A stretch of 64,000 nucleotides of DNA from Eledone cirrhosa (taxonomy: Eukaryota). The stretch lies in contig OZ024741.1 in the NCBI GenBank assembly GCA_964016885.1, positions 336,102,001 through 336,166,000 on the forward strand, read 5' to 3'. The notes under the pieces were generated by a model. That model saw only the letters and a program-made list of their open reading frames with translations, searched no databases and was not told where the DNA came from. Below, in pieces: positions 14,030 to 26,400 of the stretch. Made by a program: the position numbers and the translations under genes. The number at the start of each line of letters is the position of its first letter. The first letter of the stretch is position 1.

Positions 14030-15985
14030 AATTGTTATATACATATAACGTCACATAGAGATATATAAGAAGAAGGGACGTGTTTGCGTATGAGATAGTA
14101 CACAGGAGAAGTATGAGATATTCACGGGGGCCTGTATATGGAAAATATAATATGTGTTACGAAATGGAATACGTGGAGAGTGTGGACTCTGTTTAAAAAG
14201 ATACACATGCATGGGGGTGCGTGGACCAGCCATACTGCAGTATGTCATTGTGGTTGAGGTATATTGTCCTATAGGTGTAAGGTATTTGACTGAAAGTCAG
14301 TGGAATGCAGGTGAACCTGTTCCGGCTCAGGCGATGTTCTTGCCTAGGGTGACGTGCAGAGTCGGATATGCATCTTGGGTTATTTTGGTTTACCCCACGG
14401 GGAATATACTGTCATCAGGGTATGGTGCCTGATCCCTTGAACCCATATCACCGCACTGGTCGGCGTGCGCTCCGCCGCATGCCTTTAGCCTGGGCTTCCC
14501 GGTGGATTCCAAGTGGACAGTGTGCACCTTCTCTGGTGTCTGCACTTCATGATTATTTTCGATTTCAGGTTGACCGCATCATTCTTCAGTCTGACTATCT
14601 CCATGGCCTCGTATAGGCATAGGCTACACTTTCTACTTCCAACCGAGTATGCATTCGCATGCTGAACGATACTCCAGTCAAGGGCATACGGGGGGGGGGG
14701 GGCCTTGTCTTTCAATTCTCACACCAGGACTGCTAGCCTAGTAGAGTGCCTCTTACTCCGGTCCTTGAAAGAGTTTGTGTGGTTATACATCCGCGATTTA
14801 AAGGTTGTGGATGTTGCGCCAATGTAGGTGCACTTCATATTGTGCGTGCTAACCACACATTTATATACCATGCCCTTCGTGAGGCATCTTCCCTGCAGGG
14901 GCACTGCGTGCCCGCTCTGCAGTTACATGTTCTGTCGTTAAGTTGTACATTTCGGACGCCTCGCCCTTGATCTGCTAGGGCCCTCTCCCAATTCTCAGGG
15001 TGTTTTTCCGCCGACACGGTAGTTTCTCCTCTGCCACTCATTTCCGCCCAGCGTTGTATTGTGTCTTCTTCTGCGGGCGTGGCGGTCGCTGCGAGGGCCG
15101 GGTTGTGGTTGGAAGACCGGTCTGCGAGGGGTCCTCCAGGCTCCGATGGACGGTCATTCTGCCACCGCGGTTGACGGTCGCGGTTCCCCATCTTCGCCGC
15201 GTTGGTTTTGGCCATGTAGTCGGCCATGTTAGGTGCTGTGGAGAAGGAAAACTTCACCGTGTGGCGGTTGAAAATCTTGTGGTATCGGTTCGACGGCGGG
15301 AAGCACTCGTCTAACGCTTGAAAAAAGAGGCCTGGCACATTGCTGCATACATGCTTAGAATACGGCGCGTTAAACCATGTAATGGCCTTAGATCTTGTCT
15401 TGTTTTTTCATGTGTGTAGTAGCGTGAGTGTGTCTTGGGTCAAATGTCCGTCTTGGGTTTCTCCCGCCCATTTTGTTGTCCCCTATGTTGTCTCTATTTA
15501 TATGTCTACTGTGGGCGTCATGGTTACGCCTTTTGCTTACGATGGTATTCCGTATTGTATTGTTGGCTCTACTATTAGTCTCGTTGTCGGGGCTATATCA
15601 TTGCTACCGGGCCGGGTGTTCCCTCTACTGGGTGCCCCGTCTGTACTTGTCATTCCCCTGTCCCTAGTTATAGTTTCCGCGATGCATATGGTGTGCGTGC
15701 CGGGCTTTTGTCTACGTGTACTGGGTGGTCTGTCGCCCGTATGTGCCTTCGTCTGTCTAATTGTCGGTCTTGTGTCCTTATGGTGATCTGTGCTGCTACT
15801 TGTGCTCTTGGAGGCTAGTTCTGGGTTGTTTCTTCTACCTAAGGAAGTGCCACTGCTATTGCCGTATCCGCATGCCTCGGCCCTAGGCTCTTCCCTGTCT
15901 GTGGTGTACACTATGCTTTCTGTGTAACCTGCCCTGCGCAGTACCTCATTATAATAGTTGGTGTGCTGGTTTAACACGTCTGCGT
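14030..15985 (-). mobile_element. Penelope-like element (Naiad-like), 5'-truncated, with GIY-YIG endonuclease and pseudo-LTR
   Basis: Frameshifted ORF pieces: YYNEVLRRAGY, ITWFNAPYS...FPP...HKIFNRHTVKFSFS..PNM, CNCRAGTQC (CxCx5C), VYKC...YIGAT..FKSRMYNH, CSLCLYE...KCRH; these match PLE linker and GIY-YIG motifs. Confidence 0.85.
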
Positions 15986-15986
15986 G

Positions 15987-16220
15987 TAGGAAAACGTAGG
16001 AAAACAGCGGACAATAGCAGGACGCGCGAAGAGGATGTTTCTGACGCTAACACCCCAGTGAGAGAATTTGCTCGGAAATCATTAGACATGTTCATCAAAC
16101 CTGCAGATCCAGAATCAGACAGATCCATACAATGATCGTGTCTCGAGCTGTCCGCCGGCGAAACAATTGTAACACAATAAATTTGAGTTCAGATACATCA
16201 CTGATTTTTCGTTTTATATT
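15987..16220 (+). mobile_element. Penelope-like pseudo-LTR fragment with degenerate hammerhead
   Basis: gtgt CT--CGA GCTG tccgc CGGC GAAA CAATTG TA acac at 16138-16175, followed by aataaa and (TA)n. Confidence 0.5.
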
Positions 16221-16239
16221 ATATATATATATATGTATG

Positions 16240-16306
<67 letters not shown>

Positions 16307-16321
16307 ATATATATATATATA

Positions 16322-18383
16322 TATCATCATCATCATCATCATCACCGTTTTACGTCCGTTCTTCCACGCTAGCATGGGTTAGACAGGTTGTCCTGTTGTG
16401 GGCAGTGTCTGGTCGGCTGACCATGCCCTGCTCATACAGGAACTGATTTGGCTTGATTTCTACAGCTGGATGCCCTTCCTAACACCAACCCCATGTACAG
16501 TGAGTGCTGGGTGCTTTTTCGTGGCGCCTACATGTCCACTTTACAGTGTGGGCTGGGTGCTTTTTTGCCGTGGCACCTCCACGACCACCTTGCGGTGGGG
16601 GGTGTGAGCGCATATTGTCTATATGCTTCAGCTTGTACCCATGGGAGGTCGAGTACTCTGTATTACTGCGTGATGCCAGAGGTCACGGTCGTGTGTCATC
16701 GCCTTTGAGAGGTGTAATTTGGTAAGGTCGGCTTTTATCACCTCATCCCAGGTCATCTTGGGTCTCCCCACTCCGCGGTTTCCATCGACTTCTAGTGCTC
16801 TGCACCTTTTTATGCAGCTGTCATCCTTCATACGCATCACATCCATACCAACGCATCTGCCTCTCCTGCACACAGCATTTGATTCCTCTTATGCTCAGTC
16901 TCTCTCTCAATTCATGTATGCTTTGTCGTTCGCGTATATTACTATTACACATCCATCGGAGTATGCAGGCTCCGTTTCTCTCTAATCTACGTAAGTCTTC
17001 CACCTTCAGCGCCCAGGTCTCACTACCATGTAACATTGCTGTTCGGATACACGCATCATACAGTCTGCCTTTCATTTTGAGGGAGAAGCCTTTTGCAGCC
17101 CGCAGTGGCAGTAGCTCCCTGAACTTCTTCCATCCCGTTCTTACCCTAGTTATTGTACTTTCTGAACACCCACCTCCGCTGCTAATTCGCTCACCTAGGT
17201 AGCAGAAGCTGTCTACTGTCTCTACAGAGCCCTCCCAGAGATTGGTGGTACTTGTTTCCTGTGGTTGTTTGCTGCTTGTTGTCCCAGTACAGCTGCTGCA
17301 TGTGAAGCCTACATTCTTAATTAAGCTTCCTGAGATCCCGCTACATCTCTTGTGTACCCATTGTTTGCATTTGGGGCAGAGAATGGAGTTCCTACCTACA
17401 CCTTTCCTACATACTGAGCAAGGCCATTTCCCTGAGGGGATCTGGGTTCTGTTTTCTCGTCTACTTACAAGGACCTTAGTCTTTGTCATGTTGAATTTGA
17501 GACCCTTTCTTTCTAGTCCCTGCTTCCAAGTTTGGAATTTCTTCTCTAGTTCTACCATAGATTCAGCTATAAGTGTGAGGTCATCAGCATACAGGAGTTC
17601 CCATGGGCATCCGGTCTTAAACTCCTCCGTTATTGCCTGCAGGACTATGACGAACAGGGGAGGGCTAAGGACAGAGCCCTGGTGGACCCCAACTTGTACG
17701 CTAAATTCCTCGCTATACTCATTGCTAATCCTAACATTGCTGACTGCTCCCCTATACATGGCTTGTACAGCTTTGACAAGCCATTCATCTACTTCTAGTT
17801 TTCTAAGAGCCCACCAGATTATAGCACGTGGAACTCTGTCAAAGGCTTTCTCGAGATCGACAAATGCCAAGTAGAGTGGCTTACTTTTAGCTAGGTACTT
17901 TTCCTGTAACTGCCTCACAAGGAAGAGGGCATCAGTGGTGCCTCTTCCTGGTACAAACCCAAATTGCATCTCATCTAGTTTCAGCCGGTCCCTAATCAAC
18001 TGTGCTATAACTCTTTCTGTTACTTTCATGACCTGGTCCATCAGCTTTATACCTCTATAACAATACGTGTGGTTATAGTGTGACCTACAGACCCAGATGC
18101 CTTCAGCATCTCGGCAGCTATACCCAATGGACCAGTTGCCTTCCCCATCTTCATATCTTTGATTGCCTTACTTACTACGCTGCTTGGGGTAGGGTCTCTT
18201 CTTCCCATGCATTCTCCACATTTAGTAATCTATCATAATGACTCTTCCATGCACCTTTCTTCTCAGCACTTGTGAGGGCAAGCTCACCTTTATCATTCCG
18301 GTTACACTTCTCTCCAATGACATCACAATTCTCTCTGACACACTGCCTCACAATCTTGAACACCTCCTGTTTCTGGTCCTCAC

Positions 18384-18385
<2 letters not shown>
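16322..18385 (-). mobile_element. RTE-clade LINE (third subfamily), 5'-truncated with internal deletions
   Basis: 406-aa ORF 16821-18041 with RT motifs, PHD finger and C-terminal RTE domain; 3'UTR and (ATG)n tail. Confidence 0.95.
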
Positions 18386-18427
<42 letters not shown>

Positions 18428-18442
18428 GTGTGTATATATATA

Positions 18443-18644
18443 TACCAGGGGCTGCTGAAAAGTTCAAACACTGACCAAGAGACTCTCATGGAATGACCAA
18501 AAGAGGTTTATTTTTTAACATAGTCACTGAAAAGAAACAATGCAGTTATTAATAAGTAGAGTTGAAATTAATGCTTGCAAGATTTCACAACCCTAGCATC
18601 ATTCCTTCATAGTCATGCTATGAACTTTTCTGCTGAGCTTCATA
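18443..18644. mobile_element. Old mariner-like non-autonomous element
   Basis: ta-ccaggggctgctgaaaagttca ... tgaacttttctgctgagcttca-ta degenerate TIRs. Confidence 0.4.
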
Positions 18645-18769
18645 TACTTATATATATTAGTGTATGTGTGTACATGTAACTATGTCTGAGCATATTTATT
18701 AATGTGTGCTTCTAATTCCAAGAATAATATTCTTTGAGAATTTTTGTTTTGTAAGAACATAGAGTATGG

Positions 18770-18908
18770 TGTGCTCGTGTGCAGAGATGCTATAAAATAG
18801 CTTATAAAATATAGTGAAGACCCTTAAAGATAGAAAATGAAGTTGCCGTCTTTAAAGGTCTTCAACCTATTTTATAAACTATTTTATAGCATTTTCACAC
18901 ATGAGAAC
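18770..18908. repeat. Imperfect fold-back element
   Basis: tgctataaaatagcttataaaata..tgaagacccttaaaga / tctttaaaggtcttca..tattttataaactattttatagca; related single arm near 62700-62810. Confidence 0.6.
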
Positions 18909-19203
18909 TCAACTCTTTATATTAACTATTGAGAGATTGGTTTAAGTGATTGGTTTCATATTCAAAATGTTTTCTGATATTTACATATTTATTTTCGAAA
19001 TCAAACAATGCAAAATTTACAAACTAACAATGTTTTTCATAGCTACTCTTAAAAACATGTCAGCATTCTTTGTATGTTGACTTTTCCATTTTGGTATGGG
19101 TTCAATGAGACTTTGTATGGCAATATCATCTTACAATATCATTCTAACTTTTTTAGTCACTCCTTACAATATGATGGTTGCCAATTCAAAATCGGAAAAA
19201 CAT

Positions 19204-19259
<56 letters not shown>

Positions 19260-19261
<2 letters not shown>

Positions 19262-19590
19262 TCATTTTACGTCTGTTTTACCCTGCTTGCAAGGGTGGGA
19301 CGGGAACTGATTCTGGCTTGATTTCTACAGCTGGATGCCCTTCCTAACACCAACCACATTTACAGTGAGTGCTGGGTGCTTTTTTGCCATGACACCTCCA
19401 CGACCACTTTACAGTGGAATGATAGGGACCTTAGTCCCTATCATCTCATTTCTACAGCTGAGTAAACTGGAGCAATGTGAAATAAAGTGTCTTGCTCAAG
19501 GAAACAACACATCACCCGGTCTGAGAATTGAACTCACAACCTTTCGATTGCAAGGCCAATGCTCTAACCACTAAGCCATGAGCCTCCATA
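19260..19590 (-). mobile_element. V-like tRNA SINE with RTE-A tail
   Basis: Near-identical to 10788-11122. Confidence 0.85.
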
Positions 19591-19593
19591 TAT

Positions 19594-19707
<114 letters not shown>

Positions 19708-19857
19708 TAATAAAAATAATGAATAAAAACAAAGAAACAGTTCATTATATTAAAAAATTCATCATTTTACGATCGTTTCTAGGATATATATGTTTGTGTT
19801 GGTATGTATATCATATAGATCTATGTAAAATTTTTATATATATAGATGTATATATAT

Positions 19858-20530
19858 ATATACGTATATATACGTGAACGGCAAAGCATAAACGAACTAA
19901 GGAAAAAATTAGAGATAAGAGGGATCAGATGTTGTTTACTCGAGAGAAGGCTACGTTGGTATGGACACGTGATGCGCATGAAAGTCGATAGCTGTATAAC
20001 AAAGTGCAGGGCAATAAAGATAGACGGTAGTCACGGAATAGGCAGACCTAGAAAAACCTGGGACGAGCTGATAAACTCCGACATCACACACTTACACCTC
20101 TCCAAGACAATGTCACTGGACCGAGACCTTTGGCGGTACTCAGTAACAGAGAAGACCCGCCTTACCTAAATATATAGTAAACCCCGTCCCACCACCACCA
20201 CCCCCACCCGATCCACACCACCCCGTTCTATGTAAAGTTATGTTGGTGCCGCGCCATCGAGGCCGAAACAAATGAGATCGTGTAGGTGTCACGACAAAAA
20301 AACACACAGTCCACGCTGTAATGTGGCCGTGTAGGCAACACGGTAAAAACCTCCCAGACCCACACTGTAAATGTGGTTGGTGTTAGGAAGGGCATCCAAC
20401 TGTAGAAAACCTGCCAGACAGTCCTATGCGAGCAAGACAATCACTCTTGCCTCAAGTGGGACTACCCCCGTCCAAACCCATGCAAGCGTGGAACACGGAC
20501 GTTAAACGTTGATGATGATGATGATGATGA
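19858..20530 (+). mobile_element. RTE subfamily B, 5'-truncated 3' end with 3'UTR
   Basis: [13 protein letters not shown]...RRLRWYGHV...KTRLT*; near-identical to 44805-45500. Confidence 0.9.
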
Positions 20531-20655
20531 TATATACGTATATATATATATATAATATATATACGTATATATATATATATAATATATATACGTATATATA
20601 TATATATAATATATATACGTATATATATATATATAATATATATACGTATATATAT

Positions 20656-21510
20656 ATTCCGTCAGGGAAATGGCCATGTTCGATATGCAGAAAAGGAACT
20701 GGCATAAATTCTATAAAATGCACACAATGTAGGTCCTGGGTACACAAGAGATGTAGCGGGATAGCAGGCAAACTAACAGGTAGGGAGAAATATGTATGCA
20801 GTAGATGTACAGGGAAATTAGACAGTAGAAGTCGCACTGATAGACACATTTTTCAAATGCGAGAGGGCGCTATAGAAGTGGTGGATAGCTTCCGGTACCT
20901 AGGAGATCAGATTAGCATGGGAGGAGGGTGTTCCGAGGCCATAGTATCTAGAATAAGGACGGGTTGGAAGAAGTTTAGGGAGCTGCTTCCTCTGTTGACG
21001 AAGAAGGGTTTCTCCCTGCGTACGAAAGGCCGGTTGTATGATGCCTGTGTGAGGAGCGCGATGCTGCATGGTAGTGAGACATGGGCAGCTACCGCAGAAG
21101 ATATGCGACGGCTGGAGAGAAATGAGGCAAGCATGCTCCGTTGGATGTGCAGTGTAAATGTGCGTGAACGACCCAGCATAAATGTGTTGAGAGAGAAACT
21201 GTGTCTGAGAGGGATAGAATGTAGTGTACGGGAGAGGAGACTGAGGTGGTATGGACATGTGATGCGCATGGAGGATGACCGATGGGTGAAGAAGTGCCAG
21301 GAAATGCCAGTTGAAGGAAGACGTAGTAGAGGTAGACCACGAAAAACATGGGCGGAGGTGGTGAGAACAGACCTCAGATCATTGAAGCTCACGGTGGAGA
21401 TGACGAGGGACCGTGACGAGTGGAGAGATGCTGTGCTGAATAAGACCCGTCCCACCCTTGCAAGCAGGGAAAAGCGGACGTAAAATGATGATGATGATGA
21501 TGATGATGAT
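20656..21510 (+). mobile_element. RTE subfamily A, 5'-truncated, open frame (PHD + RT C-terminus)
   Basis: Uninterrupted frame PSGKWPCSIC...[13 protein letters not shown] directly followed by (ATG)n. Confidence 0.95.
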
Positions 21511-21516
21511 ATATAC

Positions 21517-21548
<32 letters not shown>

Positions 21549-21566
21549 GTATATATATATATATAC

Positions 21567-21614
<48 letters not shown>

Positions 21615-21704
21615 GTATATATATATATATATATATATATATACGTATATATATATATATATATATATATATACGTATATATATATATATATATATATAT
21701 ATAC

Positions 21705-21775
<71 letters not shown>

Positions 21776-21776
21776 C

Positions 21777-21812
<36 letters not shown>

Positions 21813-21846
21813 GGATATATATACGGATATATATATATATATATAC

Positions 21847-21892
<46 letters not shown>

Positions 21893-21928
21893 GGATATAT
21901 ATACGGATATATATATATATATATATAC

Positions 21929-21964
<36 letters not shown>

Positions 21965-22016
21965 GTATATATATATATATATATATATACGGATATATAT
22001 ATATATATATATACGG

Positions 22017-22070
<54 letters not shown>
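21510..22070. repeat. (TA)n array punctuated by CG/CGG
   Basis: tatatacgtatata and tatacggatata units visible. Confidence 0.95.
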
Positions 22071-22071
<1 letters not shown>

Positions 22072-22310
22072 AGCCACATGGCTTAGTGGTTAGAGCATTG
22101 GCCTTGCAATCGAAAGGTTGTGAGTTCAATTCTCAGACCGGGTGATGTGTTGTTTCCTTGAGCAGTGCCACGGAAAAAAAAGCACCCAGCACTCACTGTA
22201 AATGAGGTTGGTGTTAGGAAGGGCATCCAGCTGTAGAAATCAAGCCAGAATCAGTTCCCGTCCCACCCTTGCAAGCAGGGAAAAGCAGACGTAAAATGAA
22301 ATGAAATGAT
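22072..22310 (+). mobile_element. V-like SINE with internal deletion
   Basis: Head and tail intact; core joined at ccttgagcag/tgccacgg. Confidence 0.8.
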
Positions 22311-22386
22311 ATATATATATATATATATATACGTATATATATATATATGTATATATACGTATATATATATATGTATATATATATAC

Positions 22387-22435
<49 letters not shown>

Positions 22436-22474
22436 ATACGTATATATATATACGTATATACATATATATATATA

Positions 22475-22633
22475 ATTCGTTTCTGAATTTGTTTAGCAAG
22501 ATTCTTTATCTGAAAACGTGTGTTGAAACTGATATTGTTATACTTTGGGAGGGTCATGTTGCCAATAAGAAACACACCAACTGGTGCGTGTGTTTCTTAT
22601 TGGCAACATGACCCTCCCAAAGTATAACAATAT
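22475..22633. repeat. Fold-back element with 46-bp arms (PLE pseudo-LTR related)
   Basis: Arms 22532-22577 and 22588-22633; caacatgaccctcccaaagtataacaat resembles the pLTR ends near 34660-34685 and 58810-58836. Confidence 0.75.
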
Positions 22634-22653
22634 ATATATATATATATATATAC

Positions 22654-22687
<34 letters not shown>

Positions 22688-22734
22688 GTATATATAATAT
22701 ATATATACGTATATATATATATATGTATATATAT

Positions 22735-24906
22735 AAAGGCCGCTCTAACGAGGTTGTAGAAATGCTTGAACGTAAGGAGGTTGATGTTTGCTGTATCCAA
22801 GAGACCTGGTGGAGGGGCGGGTCTGCTAGATTCATTGTGGGTAAAAAACGTTGCTATAAGCTTTTCTGGGTGGGAAATGACAATGGGATAGGTGGGGTAG
22901 GAATCATGTTAGCAGAAAAATGGCTGGATAAGATAATAGATGTAAATAGAGTAAATGACAGAATAATTAAAATAAGACTTGTTCTAAATAGAACTACTGT
23001 GACAGTAATATCGGCATACGCGCCCCAATCCGGACTGCCTGGTGCTATAAAAGACAGATTCTATGAGACACTGATGCTCACTACCTCCCAAATAACCGAC
23101 AGTGACTATATAATTATTGCTGGCGACCTAAATGGCCACGTTGGTCAACATTGTGACGGCTATGACGGAATCCACGGAGGCTATGGGTTTGGTACTAGAA
23201 ATGAGGAAGGCTCCAGAATCCTGGAATTCTGTGATGCAAATAACCTAACTATCTGCAACACTAACTTCAAAAAAACGAGACAATCACTTGATCACTTACA
23301 GATCAGGGGAACATACCAGCCAGGTAGATTATATCCTTACCAGATGACGTGACAGAGTGTCTGTTGTAAACACTAAATCCCTCCCCCATGAAGAATGCAC
23401 CTCCCAACATAGACTGATAATTAGCGACCTCATAGTCAGGACGAGACTTACTCGACAGCAGAAGAGGACTATCCTCAGGAGAAAAATATGGAAGCTAAAG
23501 GACCCCACAGCCAGAAATAAATTTAAAAGCATATTACTTGATGCTTTCGACAGTAAGGAAGAGCAATTAGAGTCGTACAATATAGAGAAACAGTGGGAAT
23601 TCCTGAAAGCAAACCTGCTGATGGCGGCAGACGAAGTCTGTGGCTGGAGCAGGCCTGTAGGCAGGAGGAGAGTAACATGGTGGTGGAACAGTAAGGTGGA
23701 GGAGTCAATTAAGGCCAAAAAGCAGGCTTGGAAAGTATGGCGGGATGGGGGAAGTAGAGAAGACTATCAAGTGGCCAGGAGGGAAGCTAGGAGACAAGTG
23801 TACTTCGCAAGAAGGGAAGCAGAGGAAAGAAAGTTCAAGCATGTTCTACAACGCAAGGACCAAAAACGTGAGGTGTTCAGGATTGCTAGGCAATGTGTCA
23901 AGGAAAACCATGATATTGTCGGGGAGAAGTGTGTACTTAATGATCATGGCGTACTTGCCATCACTGACGCTGATAAGAAGGTAGCTTGGAAGTGTCACTA
24001 CGAATGGCTACTAAATGAGGAGAATAAATGGGAGAAAGACAGTCTACCCCACATCGACCCAATAGAGTGTTAGTTGAAGGTAGTATAATAAGTAAGGCAG
24101 TCAAAGATATGAAGACGGGTAAGGCGGCTGGGCCTTCGGAAATAGTTGCTGAGATGCTGAAAGCCTCTGGAACGGTGGGACACACCATGGTCACCCGGAT
24201 AGTAAACCAAGTCATACAGAATGGGGTTGTTCCGAAGGACTGACGTAGCAGCATCATCATTAACTGCTACAAGGGTAAAAGAGACACCCTAGATAGGAGT
24301 AACTATAGACGCATTAAATTAATCGACCAGGTCATGAAGGTCACGGAAAAAGTAATAGCGCAACTAATCAGAGAGAGAATCGATCTAGATGAAATGCAGT
24401 TCGGGTTTGTGTCAGGCAAAAGTACCACAGACGCTCTTTTCATTGTACGACAACTACAGGAGAAGTACCTAGCTAAAAGTAAACCCCTATACTTAGCTTT
24501 TGTCGACTTGGAGAAAGCCTTCGACAGAGTACCCCGCTCGATTATCTGGTGGGCTCTTAGAAAACTAGTTGTTGACGAATGGCTTGTGAGAGCTATACAA
24601 GCCATGTATAAAGAAACAGTTAGCAAGCTTAGAATTAACAACGAATATAGTGAAGAGTTTAGCGTAAAAGTTGGTGTTCATCAGGGCTCCGTTCTTAGCC
24701 CCCTACTATTTATTATTGCCCTTCAGGCTATAACAGTGGAGTTCAAGACCGGCTGCCCATGGGAACTCCTATACGCAGATGATCTAACGCTCATAGACAG
24801 TCCTATCCGAGCAAGACAACCACTCTTGCCTCAAGTGGGAAAACTCCCATCCAAACCCATGCAAGCGTGGAACATGGACGCTAAACGATGATGATGATGA
24901 TGATGA
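22735..24906 (+). mobile_element. RTE subfamily B, nearly full-length at the 5' end, with a large 3' internal deletion
   Basis: APE (CIQETWW, SAYAPQ, AGDLNGHVG) and RT to YADDL, then a jump directly to the 3'UTR at ~24796 and an (ATG)n tail. Confidence 0.95.
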
Positions 24907-24964
24907 TATACGTATATATATATATATATAAATTTATATAAATATATATTAACATATATATATA

Positions 24965-25045
<81 letters not shown>

Positions 25046-26169
25046 AGACATACATATATATATATATATATATATGTATGTGTAGGTAATTTCACGAAAG
25101 ATTTCATGCAATCTTCCAATCAAAAATATTTCTAATAACTTTAAAGTATGTGTAATATCTGTATGTCTGTGAGTGTGTATGTGTGTAACAGAGAGATAGA
25201 GAGAGAGAAAGGGTGCGAGAGAGAGGAAGGTAGTGAGAGAGAGGAAGTGAGAGAGACAGAGAGAGAGAGAAAAAGTTATCTATCAAATTATTACTACATT
25301 TCCTCTTAAATCTAATTCTTCGTGATTAAAAAATAAATGTATGCATCTTTGTTAGTGCCTACATATGTTGATGTACGTGTATCACTGTGAGTGAGTGTAT
25401 ATGTGTAGGTATCTTTGTGTATGTTCTGTATATGTGTGTTGTGCCTATGAGTGTTAGTATGTACATGTTTGTGTGTGTGTTAGACATGCGTGAGTGCCTA
25501 TGGTTTTTAGGTGTGTATATGTGTGCATCTATGTGTTATGTGTGTGTATGTGTATGTTGATGTATATAAATGTCTGTGTGTTGGGTGTGTATATGCGTGT
25601 TTTTGTATGTATCTGTGAGGTTTTCTGTGTGCATATTTATGTGTGTGTCTATGTATATAAATGTCTATATATTAAGTGTAGCTGTGTGTATGTGTGTGAG
25701 TGTATATATGTGTATAAATGTCTGCATGTTAGGTGTGTGTGTATGTGTTTCCAAATGGTGAATTAAATGTTATTTATTTGAAAGTATTTGAGGTCTTAAG
25801 TAGTAGCTAGAAATATTTATTACTAAGGGACCTCATTTTATTTATTTATTTGCTTATTTATTTATTTATTTATTTATTTATTACCTACTCAATAAAGGAT
25901 TTTAAAGTATTGTACAGCCTAGCGTGTAGATTGTAAGTTCATCATCATCAGCGTTATCGTCATCACCACTATCATTTCCACTATCATCATCAATATCATT
26001 ATTCTTATCATTATCTCCACCACCACTATCATGATTAACATTATCACTATTGTGATTGTCATCATAACAACTATAACCAACACTTGTAAATCATCATCAT
26101 CATCATCATCGTTTAACGTCCATCTTCCACGCTAGCATGGATTAGACATATATATATATATAAATATAT

Positions 26170-26369
26170 ATCTTTATTATAGAATCTACTGCCTCACAGC
26201 CAAGCTTAAACCATTTTGGGAGCAAAATGTTACATTTTACTACTGAAATGGAATAAGGTTGGCCATTGGGCAGTAGATCCTTTAATAATATTTACACTCT
26301 CCTTTCCTTTAATATGGACTACTAAGTTGAATAGTGGTCTTATTAGCTCTAACTAGTAACATCTCATCC

Positions 26370-26370
<1 letters not shown>
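26170..26370. repeat. Old asymmetric fold-back element
   Basis: ttattatagaatctactgcctcacagccaagctta / taaggttggccattgggcagtagatcctttaataa, between (TA)n tracts. Confidence 0.55.

Positions 26371-26396
<26 letters not shown>

Positions 26397-26400
<4 letters not shown>

Noticed and set aside
14485-14930. Selenocysteine recoding in the Naiad-like PLE
   Set aside because: The conserved Cys positions I could read use TGT/TGC, not TGA
20907-22145. Long ORFs of 200-390 aa rich in YI repeats
   Set aside because: Translations of (TA)n microsatellite and RTE antisense; not genes
22072-22145. tRNA gene
   Set aside because: tRNA-like A/B boxes are SINE heads continuing into SINE body; same for all similar copies
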